Of a stretch of 64,000 nt of DNA, positions 28,302 through 36,788 are shown in pieces; positions within the stretch are counted from its first letter, which is position 1, and each line of letters starts with the position of its first letter. The stretch is from NCBI GenBank assembly GCA_045862955.1, contig BTVI01000014.1, positions 1-64,000 on the forward strand, read 5' to 3'. The DNA is from Fimbriimonadales bacterium (GTDB lineage Bacteria > Armatimonadota > Fimbriimonadia > Fimbriimonadales > JABRVX01). The translations under genes were made by a program, and so were the position numbers. The notes under the pieces are model-generated. The model was not told the DNA's origin and made no database searches. It was given only the letters and a program-made list of their open reading frames with translations.

Positions 28302-29285
28302 CTATCCTATCTCGAATAGCGCGGAAACCGACTCGTCCTCGTGCGCTCGCCGAACGGCGTTCGCGAACAGCTCGGCAACGGAGAGAACCGTTAGGCGCGG
28401 GAAGCGCTTCTCCGGCCCGATCGGCACCGTGTCGGTGACGACGACTTCCGCAATCTCGGGACGGTCGAGGCGCTCGATGGCAGGCCCCACCAGCACCCCG
28501 TGCGTGGCTGCTATGTAAACCTCCGGCACGCACCCGGCGGCAAGCAGAGCGTCCACACAGTGGGCGACGCTGCCCGCCGTGGTGATCATGTCCTCGACGA
28601 TGATCGGAACCTTGCCCTTGACGTCTCCGGCAAGCTGAGTCAACTGGCTCTCGTCGGGGCCGTAGCGGTGCTTGTAGCCGACCACGATCGGGGCCTTGAG
28701 TAGCGACGCGACCTTGCGTACCTTCTTTACACCCCCCTCGTCAGCCGACACTACGGCAATGTCTCGACCTTTCAGCTTCTCGAAGTACCTCCCGAACATC
28801 TTGACGGCGTTCAGGTGATCTACAGGGAAGTTGAAGAAGCCCTGGATGGCGGCGGCGTGAAGGTCCATGGTCATGACGCGCTGGGCCCCGGCACATACGA
28901 TCATGTCCGCAACCAGCTTGGCAGTGATCGGCTCGCGCGGGAACTCCTTCTTCTCCTGCCTGGCGTAGCCGAAGTACGGGATGACCGCGGTGATGCGAGC
29001 GACGCTCGTTCTTCGCATGGCATCCATCATGATCAGGAGTTCCATCAGGTTGCTGTCCACCGGCGGACCGACGGACTGCACTACGTAGCAGTCAGCGCCA
29101 CGCAGCGACTCGCGGTAGGCAACGTAACACTCGCCATCCTGGAACCGTAGGATGTCTACATCGCCTAGAGTGGTGCCTATCTCTCGCGCAATCGCTTGCG
29201 CGAGTTCCGGGTTCGCGGTACCGCTAAACAGCTTCAGAGGAGCGTCTTTGAACATACGCGCCCGTAGGGATGTGATGGCATTCAA
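28302..29285 (-). CDS. prs: Ribose-phosphate pyrophosphokinase
   Basis: FQDGE, IPYFGYARQ, EPITAKLVA, MDLHA..IQGFF, ATHGV; start may be the internal ATG (MFKDAP). Confidence 0.93.
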   Translation of the reverse strand: MNAITSLRARMFKDAPLKLFSGTANPELAQAIAREIGTTLGDVDILRFQDGECYVAYRESLRGADCYVVQSVGPPVDSNLMELLIMMDAMRRTSVARITAVIPYFGYARQEKKEFPREPITAKLVADMIVCAGAQRVMTMDLHAAAIQGFFNFPVDHLNAVKMFGRYFEKLKGRDIAVVSADEGGVKKVRKVASLLKAPIVVGYKHRYGPDESQLTQLAGDVKGKVPIIVEDMITTAGSVAHCVDALLAAGCVPEVYIAATHGVLVGPAIERLDRPEIAEVVVTDTVPIGPEKRFPRLTVLSVAELFANAVRRAHEDESVSALFEIG

Positions 29286-29800
29286 AACCTCGCGCCTATG
29301 CAGAAAGTAACTGCGTCGACCTTCGAAGATTGGAACACGGCCGCTTCGATGAACGTGTTTTTACCGAACTCCAGCCCGCCAAACAGCTTGGCCGACAACA
29401 CGGTGCGGTCGCCCTCGTTCCGCTTGTCCTCGAATAGGAATCCGACCCCGAAACCCGCATACGGCTGCATCTCCATGCGTGGCCCGGACCAGACCTGCGA
29501 GAGACCGACCCGGAACAAAGAACTGTTTCCAGGCCCGTAGCCCAAGTCCACGTCGGCTCGCGGCTTCCCGCCGAGCACCGAACGGACCGGCACCTCCACA
29601 TCGGCTCCAACCGCCCAGTAGGTCTGGATGTCCGAGTTGCGACCTGCCGCGTCGAATGTGTCGGCGAACAAGAAGCCCGCCTTAAGACCGATCGCAGGAC
29701 GCTCGAGCAACTGTGCGGACCCTGAGACCGCGGCAAGCCCGAGAAGTCCGAGGGCTAGCGACCTGACGGTCTCAGAAGCGGTAGCCAACGTAGAACGCAA
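29282..29800 (-). CDS. Small outer-membrane beta-barrel protein
   Basis: Signal-like N-terminus, PYAGFGVG strand, C-terminal CIGARF; start uncertain. Confidence 0.65.
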   Translation of the reverse strand: MRSTLATASETVRSLALGLLGLAAVSGSAQLLERPAIGLKAGFLFADTFDAAGRNSDIQTYWAVGADVEVPVRSVLGGKPRADVDLGYGPGNSSLFRVGLSQVWSGPRMEMQPYAGFGVGFLFEDKRNEGDRTVLSAKLFGGLEFGKNTFIEAAVFQSSKVDAVTFCIGARF

Positions 29801-30284
29801 CTCCGTTTACGCGTCCATCCGTGGCCTTGTCGAACTCGTCGCTCCAGAAGTAGCTGGCTTCCACGAACCACTCCTGCTCCAGCTCGATCCCTATGGTCCC
29901 CTTCAGCCCGAACACGGTCTTCGAAGGCCCGTCGACGTCTGCGACGGTAGCCCCTGCACCGATACCCCAGTAATAGCGGTACAGACTCAGCGGCGAATAG
30001 AAGAACTGGTTGATGGTCAGCGGGAACACGCTGCCCTTCGAGCCGCCGAATGCATGGGACAGGTAGTCGGCCGAGAGCACCGTGTCGGAGTCCTTCAAGA
30101 AGTTCGATGCCACATGAATGTCGAAACCGACGCCCAACCACTGGCTGGCTTTGTCCTTCAGGATGCCTTCCGTCGGCAGGAACAACCCGCCACGAATCGC
30201 CATGGTGTACTGAGCCCGTGCAGTCAGGGGAAGTAGGGCGGCAGCTAGTGCCACTGCTGCGAACGCAAAGCAAAATCGCCTCAT
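29772..30284 (-). CDS. Small outer-membrane beta-barrel protein
   Basis: AAAGGAGG SD, MRRFCFAFAAVALAAALLPLTARAQ signal peptide, YYWGIGAG, C-terminal FYVGYRF. Confidence 0.78.
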   Translation of the reverse strand: MRRFCFAFAAVALAAALLPLTARAQYTMAIRGGLFLPTEGILKDKASQWLGVGFDIHVASNFLKDSDTVLSADYLSHAFGGSKGSVFPLTINQFFYSPLSLYRYYWGIGAGATVADVDGPSKTVFGLKGTIGIELEQEWFVEASYFWSDEFDKATDGRVNGVAFYVGYRF

Positions 30285-30409
30285 CCTTGGCCTCCTTTGG
30301 TTCCTTCCTTGGGCCGACGGTGTGCCGGCAGCCACAGCACTAGAATAGCCGTTCGGCTAGGGTGATGTCAATCGGAGGCGGGAGCCGAGTGCGCCGGCTA
30401 GGTTCGAAG

Positions 30410-30439
30410 TTGACGGGGACTCCCGGCTACGGCTATAAT
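30410..30439 (+). promoter_or_regulatory. Sigma70-type promoter of secDF
   Basis: TTGACG-N18-TATAAT about 85 bp upstream of the secDF start, which has a GAGGAGG SD. Confidence 0.7.
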
Positions 30440-30524
30440 CCGCCGATGATCCCCAAGGTTTCGACGGCGGGCATGCTGCCGCGAGACCGTATGTTCGCGC
30501 GTGTGCTAGAGGAGGCGCTGCTCC

Positions 30525-33122
30525 GTGAGACAAGGCTGGCTCATTCTCATAGTAATCGTCTTACTCGGTCTGTCGGTGTGGTCCGTGCTGACACAGCAGC
30601 CGAGGCTCGGCCTCGACGTCCGTGGAGGCTACAGGGTAATCCTCCAAGCGGACCTGAGCAAGCTGAAGCCGGAGGAACGTAACCTCTGGCCCGAGAAGCG
30701 GCAAACCGTGCGGGAGATTCTCGTAAAGCGCCTTACTGGACCCTTCGGTGCAGCAGACGCCACCGTCGCCACGAAAGGGCTGGACCAGTTCACCGTCGAG
30801 ATCCCCGGTGTCACCAACCCCGACGAGGTTACGGAAATCCTCTCGAAGACTGCGCGACTCGAGTTCTGGCATGCCCTCAACGTCCAAACCGAGAAGGATA
30901 CGAACCGACCTTACAAGGCTGAGCACAGTGAAAGCGCCGAGGGCGCCGAGGTCTGGAGCTTCCGCGACACGACCGCACCCGAGGGCGATGAGACAGCGGT
31001 CATCAAGTCGGGAACGCCGGAATTCAAGCGGATGATCGCGGAGGAGTGGGAGCTCATCCTGGACGGCTCCATGCTCAAGCGAGCAAAGTCCCAGAGTACA
31101 GGGACCGGCGCCTTCTATGTGGCCCTAGAGTTCAACCGCGAGGGCACGGAGAAACTTGCCGAGTTCTCCAGGAAAGTGGAGGGGCGCGGCGAGTACCTCG
31201 CCATCGTCTTGGACGGAGATGTGATCTCGTTCCCCGTCATGCGCGCCGTGATTACGAATGGCCAGGCGGTCATCGAGGGTGGCAACATGACCGGCAAGGA
31301 CGCGATACGCCTAGCGACCCTGCTCCAGGCCGGCGCCCTCCCCGTAGACCTCACTCAGGTGTACATGCAGCGAGTGGAACCAACCATTGGTAGCCAGGCA
31401 CTGGACATGATCATTCGTGCAGGCATCGTTGGTTTCGCGTTGGTTTCGCTGTTCATGATGCTCTATTACTTGGTGCCTGGCATTCTGGCGGTGGTAGCCC
31501 TCCTCTGCTACTCCCTCTTCTGCTATGCCGTGTTTGTCGGGATGGGGGTCACCTTCTCGCTTCCCGGAATCGCCGGGTTCCTGCTCTCGATTGGAATGGC
31601 AGTGGACGCAAACGTGCTCATCTTCGAGCGCATGAAAGAGGAACTCCGCAACGGGAAAACGCTCCTGGCTGCTATAGACGCTGGGTTTAAACGAGCCTTT
31701 CCGGCCATTCTCGACTCCAACGTGTGCACCATCATCACCTGTGTGGTGCTGTACAACCTCGGCACGGGACCGGTGAAGGGCTTCGCGGCGACCCTCGGGG
31801 TAGGTGTTGCAATCAGTCTCTTCACCGCCATCACTCTGACCCGCATGTTGCTCTATCTGTTGGTCGGCGCAGGGGTCAACAAGCCTTCGCTGTTCGCGCT
31901 TGGTAGGCAGTGGTTCGGCCGGGAGAACATGAGGGTCATCAGCCGCATGGCGGTCTACTTCACCATCAGCGGTGCGATACTCATTCCGGGCCTGGTGTTC
32001 CTCTTCTTGGGTGGACTGAAGCCTAACATCGAGTTCGGCTCTGGAACTGAGGTCATCTACTCGGTGCCGGGCGGTGTCAAGGAGACCAACCGCCAGATCC
32101 AAGAGCAACTGGCAGCTGCAGGGTTGGAGGGAGCTTCTGTCCAGCTTGCCGCCGGTGGCAAACAGGTCATCATCCGCTTGAAAGAGCTGAAGCAGTACAG
32201 GGTCTTGGACAATATGACCCAGCTCCAGCAGCGCGAGAAGATCGCCTCGGTTCTTGCTCCCGCCGGGGTGGATGCACGCCTCATCGAAGTCAAAGAGAAG
32301 AACCCGGATGGTACCGAAACCATCGTGAAGAAGCCTGCCAGCGAGGAGAGTTTCTCGCAGGTTGGTAAGATCATCAGTGACGAGACGCTCAAGAACGCCA
32401 TCTTGGCCCTCGTTATCTCTATCGCCCTTATCCTGTTCTACCTCTCCATCCGATTCGCCATCGAAGGCGGCTGGAGCGGCGTGAAGTTCGGCACAGCAGC
32501 GCTGATTGCCACGATCCACGACGTCGGCGTGCTGGTCGGCTGCTCCGCGATCTTCGGCTACTTCCTGAACTGGGAGATCAGTTCGCTGTTCATCACGGCG
32601 TTGCTTACCATCATCGGTTTCTCGGTGCACGACACGATCGTCATCTTCGACCGAATCCGAGAGAACCTACTGCATAAGAAGCGCGGTGAGACGTTCGAGA
32701 GCTTAGTAGACCGCTCCATCAGTCAGTCGTTCGCACGTTCGATCAACACGAGCCTTACAGTCGTACTGATGCTGGCGGCGCTATTCTTCATCGGCAGTGC
32801 TATGCCAGACCTGCGGCACTTCCACGCCATCATGTTGATCGGCGTCATTTCCGGAACGTATAGCTCTATCTTCAATGCATCCCCGATCCTGGTGCTGATC
32901 GAGCGGTTCTCGCATCGCATGGGGGCGCAGACCCTCGAGGCTGCTGTCAAAGAGCGCGAGCGCGCCGCCCCAGCCGCAAAGACCACCGTAGTTGCACCGG
33001 ATGGTGACGCAGCATTCGGGCAGACGGGACGTGTGACGTCTGAGCCTGCGAAGCCGCCCCATGGGGCAGACGACAGGCCATCCGCCCGGCCGAAGTCGAA
33101 GAAGCCGAAACGTCGCTTCTAG
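30525..33122 (+). CDS. secDF: Fused protein translocase subunit SecDF
   Basis: LGLDVRGG, AGALP, IGMAVDANVLIFER, KGFA (SecD) and IEFGSG, GFSVHDTIVIFDRIRE, RSINTS, GTYSSIF (SecF) in one ORF. Confidence 0.96.
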   Translation: MRQGWLILIVIVLLGLSVWSVLTQQPRLGLDVRGGYRVILQADLSKLKPEERNLWPEKRQTVREILVKRLTGPFGAADATVATKGLDQFTVEIPGVTNPDEVTEILSKTARLEFWHALNVQTEKDTNRPYKAEHSESAEGAEVWSFRDTTAPEGDETAVIKSGTPEFKRMIAEEWELILDGSMLKRAKSQSTGTGAFYVALEFNREGTEKLAEFSRKVEGRGEYLAIVLDGDVISFPVMRAVITNGQAVIEGGNMTGKDAIRLATLLQAGALPVDLTQVYMQRVEPTIGSQALDMIIRAGIVGFALVSLFMMLYYLVPGILAVVALLCYSLFCYAVFVGMGVTFSLPGIAGFLLSIGMAVDANVLIFERMKEELRNGKTLLAAIDAGFKRAFPAILDSNVCTIITCVVLYNLGTGPVKGFAATLGVGVAISLFTAITLTRMLLYLLVGAGVNKPSLFALGRQWFGRENMRVISRMAVYFTISGAILIPGLVFLFLGGLKPNIEFGSGTEVIYSVPGGVKETNRQIQEQLAAAGLEGASVQLAAGGKQVIIRLKELKQYRVLDNMTQLQQREKIASVLAPAGVDARLIEVKEKNPDGTETIVKKPASEESFSQVGKIISDETLKNAILALVISIALILFYLSIRFAIEGGWSGVKFGTAALIATIHDVGVLVGCSAIFGYFLNWEISSLFITALLTIIGFSVHDTIVIFDRIRENLLHKKRGETFESLVDRSISQSFARSINTSLTVVLMLAALFFIGSAMPDLRHFHAIMLIGVISGTYSSIFNASPILVLIERFSHRMGAQTLEAAVKERERAAPAAKTTVVAPDGDAAFGQTGRVTSEPAKPPHGADDRPSARPKSKKPKRRF

Positions 33123-33131
33123 CTTCGCACA

Positions 33132-33161
33132 GATGCCTCCGCCTCGAGCGGCGGAGGCATC
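33132..33161 (+). terminator. Hairpin after secDF (possible terminator or REP-type element)
   Basis: GATGCCTCCGCC-N6-GGCGGAGGCATC perfect 12-bp stem; no U tract. Confidence 0.5.
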
Positions 33162-33612
33162 CGCTTGCCAGCTTCCCTCGGACGACTTCAGACTGGAGAC
33201 ACTGGGCACGGGTTTTCAGCGGCATCACGAACACTCTCTATGCCGGCCTACACTGCGACGGCTTCTCTGCGGAACGCTGCGTACTCCGCCGTGTGACTAT
33301 AGAACAGCGTTGTGCGACGCAGGGCATCACCAGGCATGGATCCTCACGCAAGTTCGCAGAATACGTGTCGCCTGTCAATCCGGTCAGTACAGGGGGACCC
33401 GATAACCGTGTCCTCGCTCCATCTCTGCGACCTTCGCGTGAGCATACGGTCCCGACTTAGCGGGCCGCGTGTCCCACCGGGAAGCACATCGGCTCGACGG
33501 CGAGACTGCGCCCGGCACAGGCACAGATAGGCCCAAAGACCTAAATCCTTAGCCACGCTAACCAGGTCGGCAGCGGAATACTCGACTTTGTGGTAATCAT
33601 TGTACAGGCGAC

Positions 33613-33626
33613 TGACCGGTCGGTCA
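33613..33626. promoter_or_regulatory. Putative TetR operator
   Basis: Palindrome TGACCG-GT-CGGTCA 25 bp upstream of the TetR gene. Confidence 0.65.
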
Positions 33627-33651
33627 AAGGTTAGGTCGGCTAAACAGAACG

Positions 33652-34308
33652 ATGAGCAAAGATTGCACAACCAGACAGGCCATTCTCGAGGCCGCTCTCG
33701 CTCTGATGAGTGAGAAGGGCTTCACGAACACGAGCATGGACGACATTCTCAACTCCAGTGGGGTGAAGAAGGGAAGTCTCTACCACTTCTTCGCCAGCAA
33801 GACGGAGCTCGGCCTCGCTGTGCTGGACCTGTACTGGGAGCGTGCCACCATCTGGTTAGACGACCAACTCGCGAGCCTGCCGGGAGGTCCACTGGAGCGC
33901 ATCCAGAGGTTTTTCGCCGGCGAGGGTTTCCCCGAGACGACCGGCAAGTTCACCGGCTGCCTCCTAGGCACGATTGTCGCCGAAATGTCTCTGATCGACG
34001 ACCGGCTGAGCGGGCGAGCGCTCGAGCTGCTTAACCGGTTCGTGGATCGAATTGCAGAGGAGCTAGACAAGGCTGTTCGAGCCGGCGAGATGAGTGCGGG
34101 TACGGACACGAAGTCCCTCGCGCGACAACTCGTCACTTACTTCGAGGGGGGATTGCTGATCGCCAAGGCGTGCCAGAACTCGCAAGCTCTGCGAGATCTG
34201 GCACCCGGCATCAGCGCGCTCATCCAGTCCGGCCGCAACGGAACGTGCGGCCCCAGGCCTGGCGATGGTGCAACGACCTTCGCCTACGAGAATGTGAGGG
34301 AAACATAA
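33652..34308 (+). CDS. TetR/AcrR family regulator (NemR-like)
   Basis: GFTNTSMDDILNSSGVKKGSLYHFFASK HTH; GCLLG motif. Confidence 0.92.
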   Translation: MSKDCTTRQAILEAALALMSEKGFTNTSMDDILNSSGVKKGSLYHFFASKTELGLAVLDLYWERATIWLDDQLASLPGGPLERIQRFFAGEGFPETTGKFTGCLLGTIVAEMSLIDDRLSGRALELLNRFVDRIAEELDKAVRAGEMSAGTDTKSLARQLVTYFEGGLLIAKACQNSQALRDLAPGISALIQSGRNGTCGPRPGDGATTFAYENVRET

Positions 34309-34898
34309 TGAACTTCACGTACGCAGGTTGCACGGAAGTTCAGGATGCGTTGGCGGATGCCAAGCGGACGGAATTCGAGCGGCTGATGAAGACTTCGTGG
34401 CGCCGCGCTTATAACATGGCGTTTCAGCTCACCCGGAACCGATCGGATGCCGAGGACTTGGTCCAGGACACGTTCTTAAAGGCCTGGAAGGGATTCGCGT
34501 CGTTCCGGCCCGAGCGCCCGTTCATCAACTGGGTGTTGAGAATCATGCAGCGCGCGTTTCTCGACCTGCGCCGCCGAGACAACCCGGTGCGCACGGCCGA
34601 GAGCCTGAACGGTATGGTAAGCCCTTCCGACGGAGAGGTTCAGGAGCTACCGATCCCGGACCGGTCCCTCGGTCCCGAGGAAAGCTACTTGTCAGAGGAA
34701 GTTCGCCGCGAGGTGACGGAAGCTCTGGGGACGATCCCGGAAATCTACCGAGCAGCTGTGGTGCTGTGCGACATCGAAGGCTTGTCGTACGCCGAAATCG
34801 CCGAAGTACAGAACACCACCGTCGGAACGGTGCGATCGCGCATCTACCGGGGCAGGCAGATGCTCAAGAAGGAACTGGCACGGCGACAGAAGCAATAA
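34308..34898 (+). CDS. ECF RNA polymerase sigma factor
   Basis: DAEDLVQDTFLKAW region 2; EGLSYAEIAE..VGTVRSRIYRGR region 4; ATG overlaps the TetR TAA. Confidence 0.92.
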   Translation: MNFTYAGCTEVQDALADAKRTEFERLMKTSWRRAYNMAFQLTRNRSDAEDLVQDTFLKAWKGFASFRPERPFINWVLRIMQRAFLDLRRRDNPVRTAESLNGMVSPSDGEVQELPIPDRSLGPEESYLSEEVRREVTEALGTIPEIYRAAVVLCDIEGLSYAEIAEVQNTTVGTVRSRIYRGRQMLKKELARRQKQ

Positions 34899-35084
34899 GC
34901 GAAGACTTCTCTCTCCGCGCGGAGGCTGGGTCGGGGGTCCCAGTCTCCGCGCTCTCCCATACGAGGTGTCGCGGTCTGCATGTCCGGTGTGGGCTGGCCG
35001 ACGAGTACCCACGAACGCACGAGCTGCGCATCAGGATCTCGCCGGGGTAAGGGAGACTATTGGCCACCGAAGAACCCGCAGCGA

Positions 35085-36788
35085 CTAGCTGGGCCCGCGT
35101 TGGAACGAGAACTCGGCTTCCGTCATCTCGGCGCGCCGCAGGGAGAAGCGCCCGGCGAGTCCGCTGCGAATGAGGTTCTCCACGATCTGCAGGCCAAGCC
35201 CACTCGCCTTCGACCCATCGAACCCGTCTGGGAGCGGCTCGCCGTCGTTACGCACCGTCACCGAAACCCTCTCATCCTGCACGGCAATGGCGACCTCGAT
35301 CCGTCCCTCGCTGCGAGAACTGATTCCGTGTTGGAGTGCGTTCTGCACCAGCTCGTTCAGCACGAGCGCCACGTGGTTCGCCTGATTCATCGGCAGCAGG
35401 ATGTCATCGCCTCCGACTTCCCAGTCAATCCGACACCCGGTCGGAGCGTAGCTCTGTAGAAGGTGCTGGATAATGGCCTCCGCGATCTTGCGGATATGGA
35501 CGAACTCGAGGTCGTCCCGGGACAGCAAGTCGTGGACAGCGGCTATAGCTTGGATGCGGTTCAGGCTCTCATGGAGGTGCTCCGAGAGTCTGTCGTCGCT
35601 AACCTGTCTAAGCTGCATCCGCAGCAGGCTGGCAATCTGCTGTAAGTTGTTCTTTACGCGGTGATGCATCTCTTGCATCAGGGTGTTCCGTGCCGTCAGT
35701 CGAGCGTGGCTGACAGCAATGGCGGCCTGCCCCGCGAGAGTTTCCAGCGTGCGAATCTCGTCCTGCGTAAACTCGTGGTTGGAACCGGTGTAGCACGACA
35801 GCACCCCCAGTGCCTTGCCCGCCACCGTAAGAGGCACGCAGATGAGCGAGCGAACCCCCTGCTCCTTGGCTATTTCGGGGAACAGGTATTTGTCGCTGGT
35901 CTGCACGTCGGCAAGTGTCACCGTACGATTCTCTTTCACGGCAAGCCCGGCGATGCTCTGCCCGACGCGGATGCTCGGCTTGTTGAGGTAAGCGCGGCTA
36001 GTGGATTGCGAGGCGTGAAGGACGAGTTCCTGCGTGTCCTCGTTCAGTAGTCGGATGGTGACGACCTTGTAGTTCAGGTGGCGTGCGATCTCGGACACGA
36101 GCAGCTGCAGGATCTCCTCGAGATAGGCACTAGAGGTGATCATGCGACTGACCTGCGCCAGGGCTCGGAACTGGGAGGCTTGGTGCTCGAGACGCGTCAT
36201 CCGGTCCAGGTGCTCCACCGCCCCCGCCACCTGTCCAGCAACGCTGGCGAGCAACATCTCCTCTTCGCGTGAGTACTCGTGCGGCGCGCGCGTGCGAACG
36301 GTAATCACACCAATCACCTTCTCGCGCACCTCCAGCGGCACGGCCAAGAAGCTCTCGAACTCCTCCTCGTGCAGGATTGCGTAATACTTGGTGCGCGGGT
36401 CGGAATAGGCCCGTCGGCTGATGCCCACCGGCCTCCTTTCCAGAGCTACTCGACCCGTAATCCCCTCGCCGACGCGGATCCGCACCCGCTCGATGAGGGG
36501 CTGATTTTCCGTGCTCGCGCGGAGAACCAGCTCGCTCGCGTCCTCCGACAGCAGATAGATTTCGCAGACGTCGGTGTCGGTGACGCTGCGGCCGATTTCT
36601 GCAAGCCCTTGCAGCATCTCGTGCGAGCCGAACGCGGAACCCGTGGCCTCGCTGATTCGGCGCATGGCATCCAGCTCGGCCTCCTTGCGTACGAGTTCTT
36701 GACGCAGGCTCGCGATCAGCTGATCCTTGCTGGCTCTGGGCCCAGCCTGCTTTCTAGCAGCCGAGGATTTTGCTTCCGACATGCCCAC
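35085..36788 (-). CDS. Cytoplasmic GAF-GAF sensor histidine kinase, HisKA_2 type
   Basis: Two GAF domains, EMHHRVKNNLQ H-box, NELVQNALQHG, NDGEPLP, GLGL; no TM helix. Confidence 0.9.
   Translation of the reverse strand: MGMSEAKSSAARKQAGPRASKDQLIASLRQELVRKEAELDAMRRISEATGSAFGSHEMLQGLAEIGRSVTDTDVCEIYLLSEDASELVLRASTENQPLIERVRIRVGEGITGRVALERRPVGISRRAYSDPRTKYYAILHEEEFESFLAVPLEVREKVIGVITVRTRAPHEYSREEEMLLASVAGQVAGAVEHLDRMTRLEHQASQFRALAQVSRMITSSAYLEEILQLLVSEIARHLNYKVVTIRLLNEDTQELVLHASQSTSRAYLNKPSIRVGQSIAGLAVKENRTVTLADVQTSDKYLFPEIAKEQGVRSLICVPLTVAGKALGVLSCYTGSNHEFTQDEIRTLETLAGQAAIAVSHARLTARNTLMQEMHHRVKNNLQQIASLLRMQLRQVSDDRLSEHLHESLNRIQAIAAVHDLLSRDDLEFVHIRKIAEAIIQHLLQSYAPTGCRIDWEVGGDDILLPMNQANHVALVLNELVQNALQHGISSRSEGRIEVAIAVQDERVSVTVRNDGEPLPDGFDGSKASGLGLQIVENLIRSGLAGRFSLRRAEMTEAEFSFQRGPS

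Noticed and set aside
31311..32630. Long antisense ORFs (also 42716-44077 and 39753-40985)
   Set aside because: Shadow frames of well-supported genes in GC-rich DNA
33165..33600. Long intergenic stretch as a riboswitch, ncRNA or small gene
   Set aside because: No RNA family consensus or credible ORF recognised by eye; an Rfam covariance search would be needed
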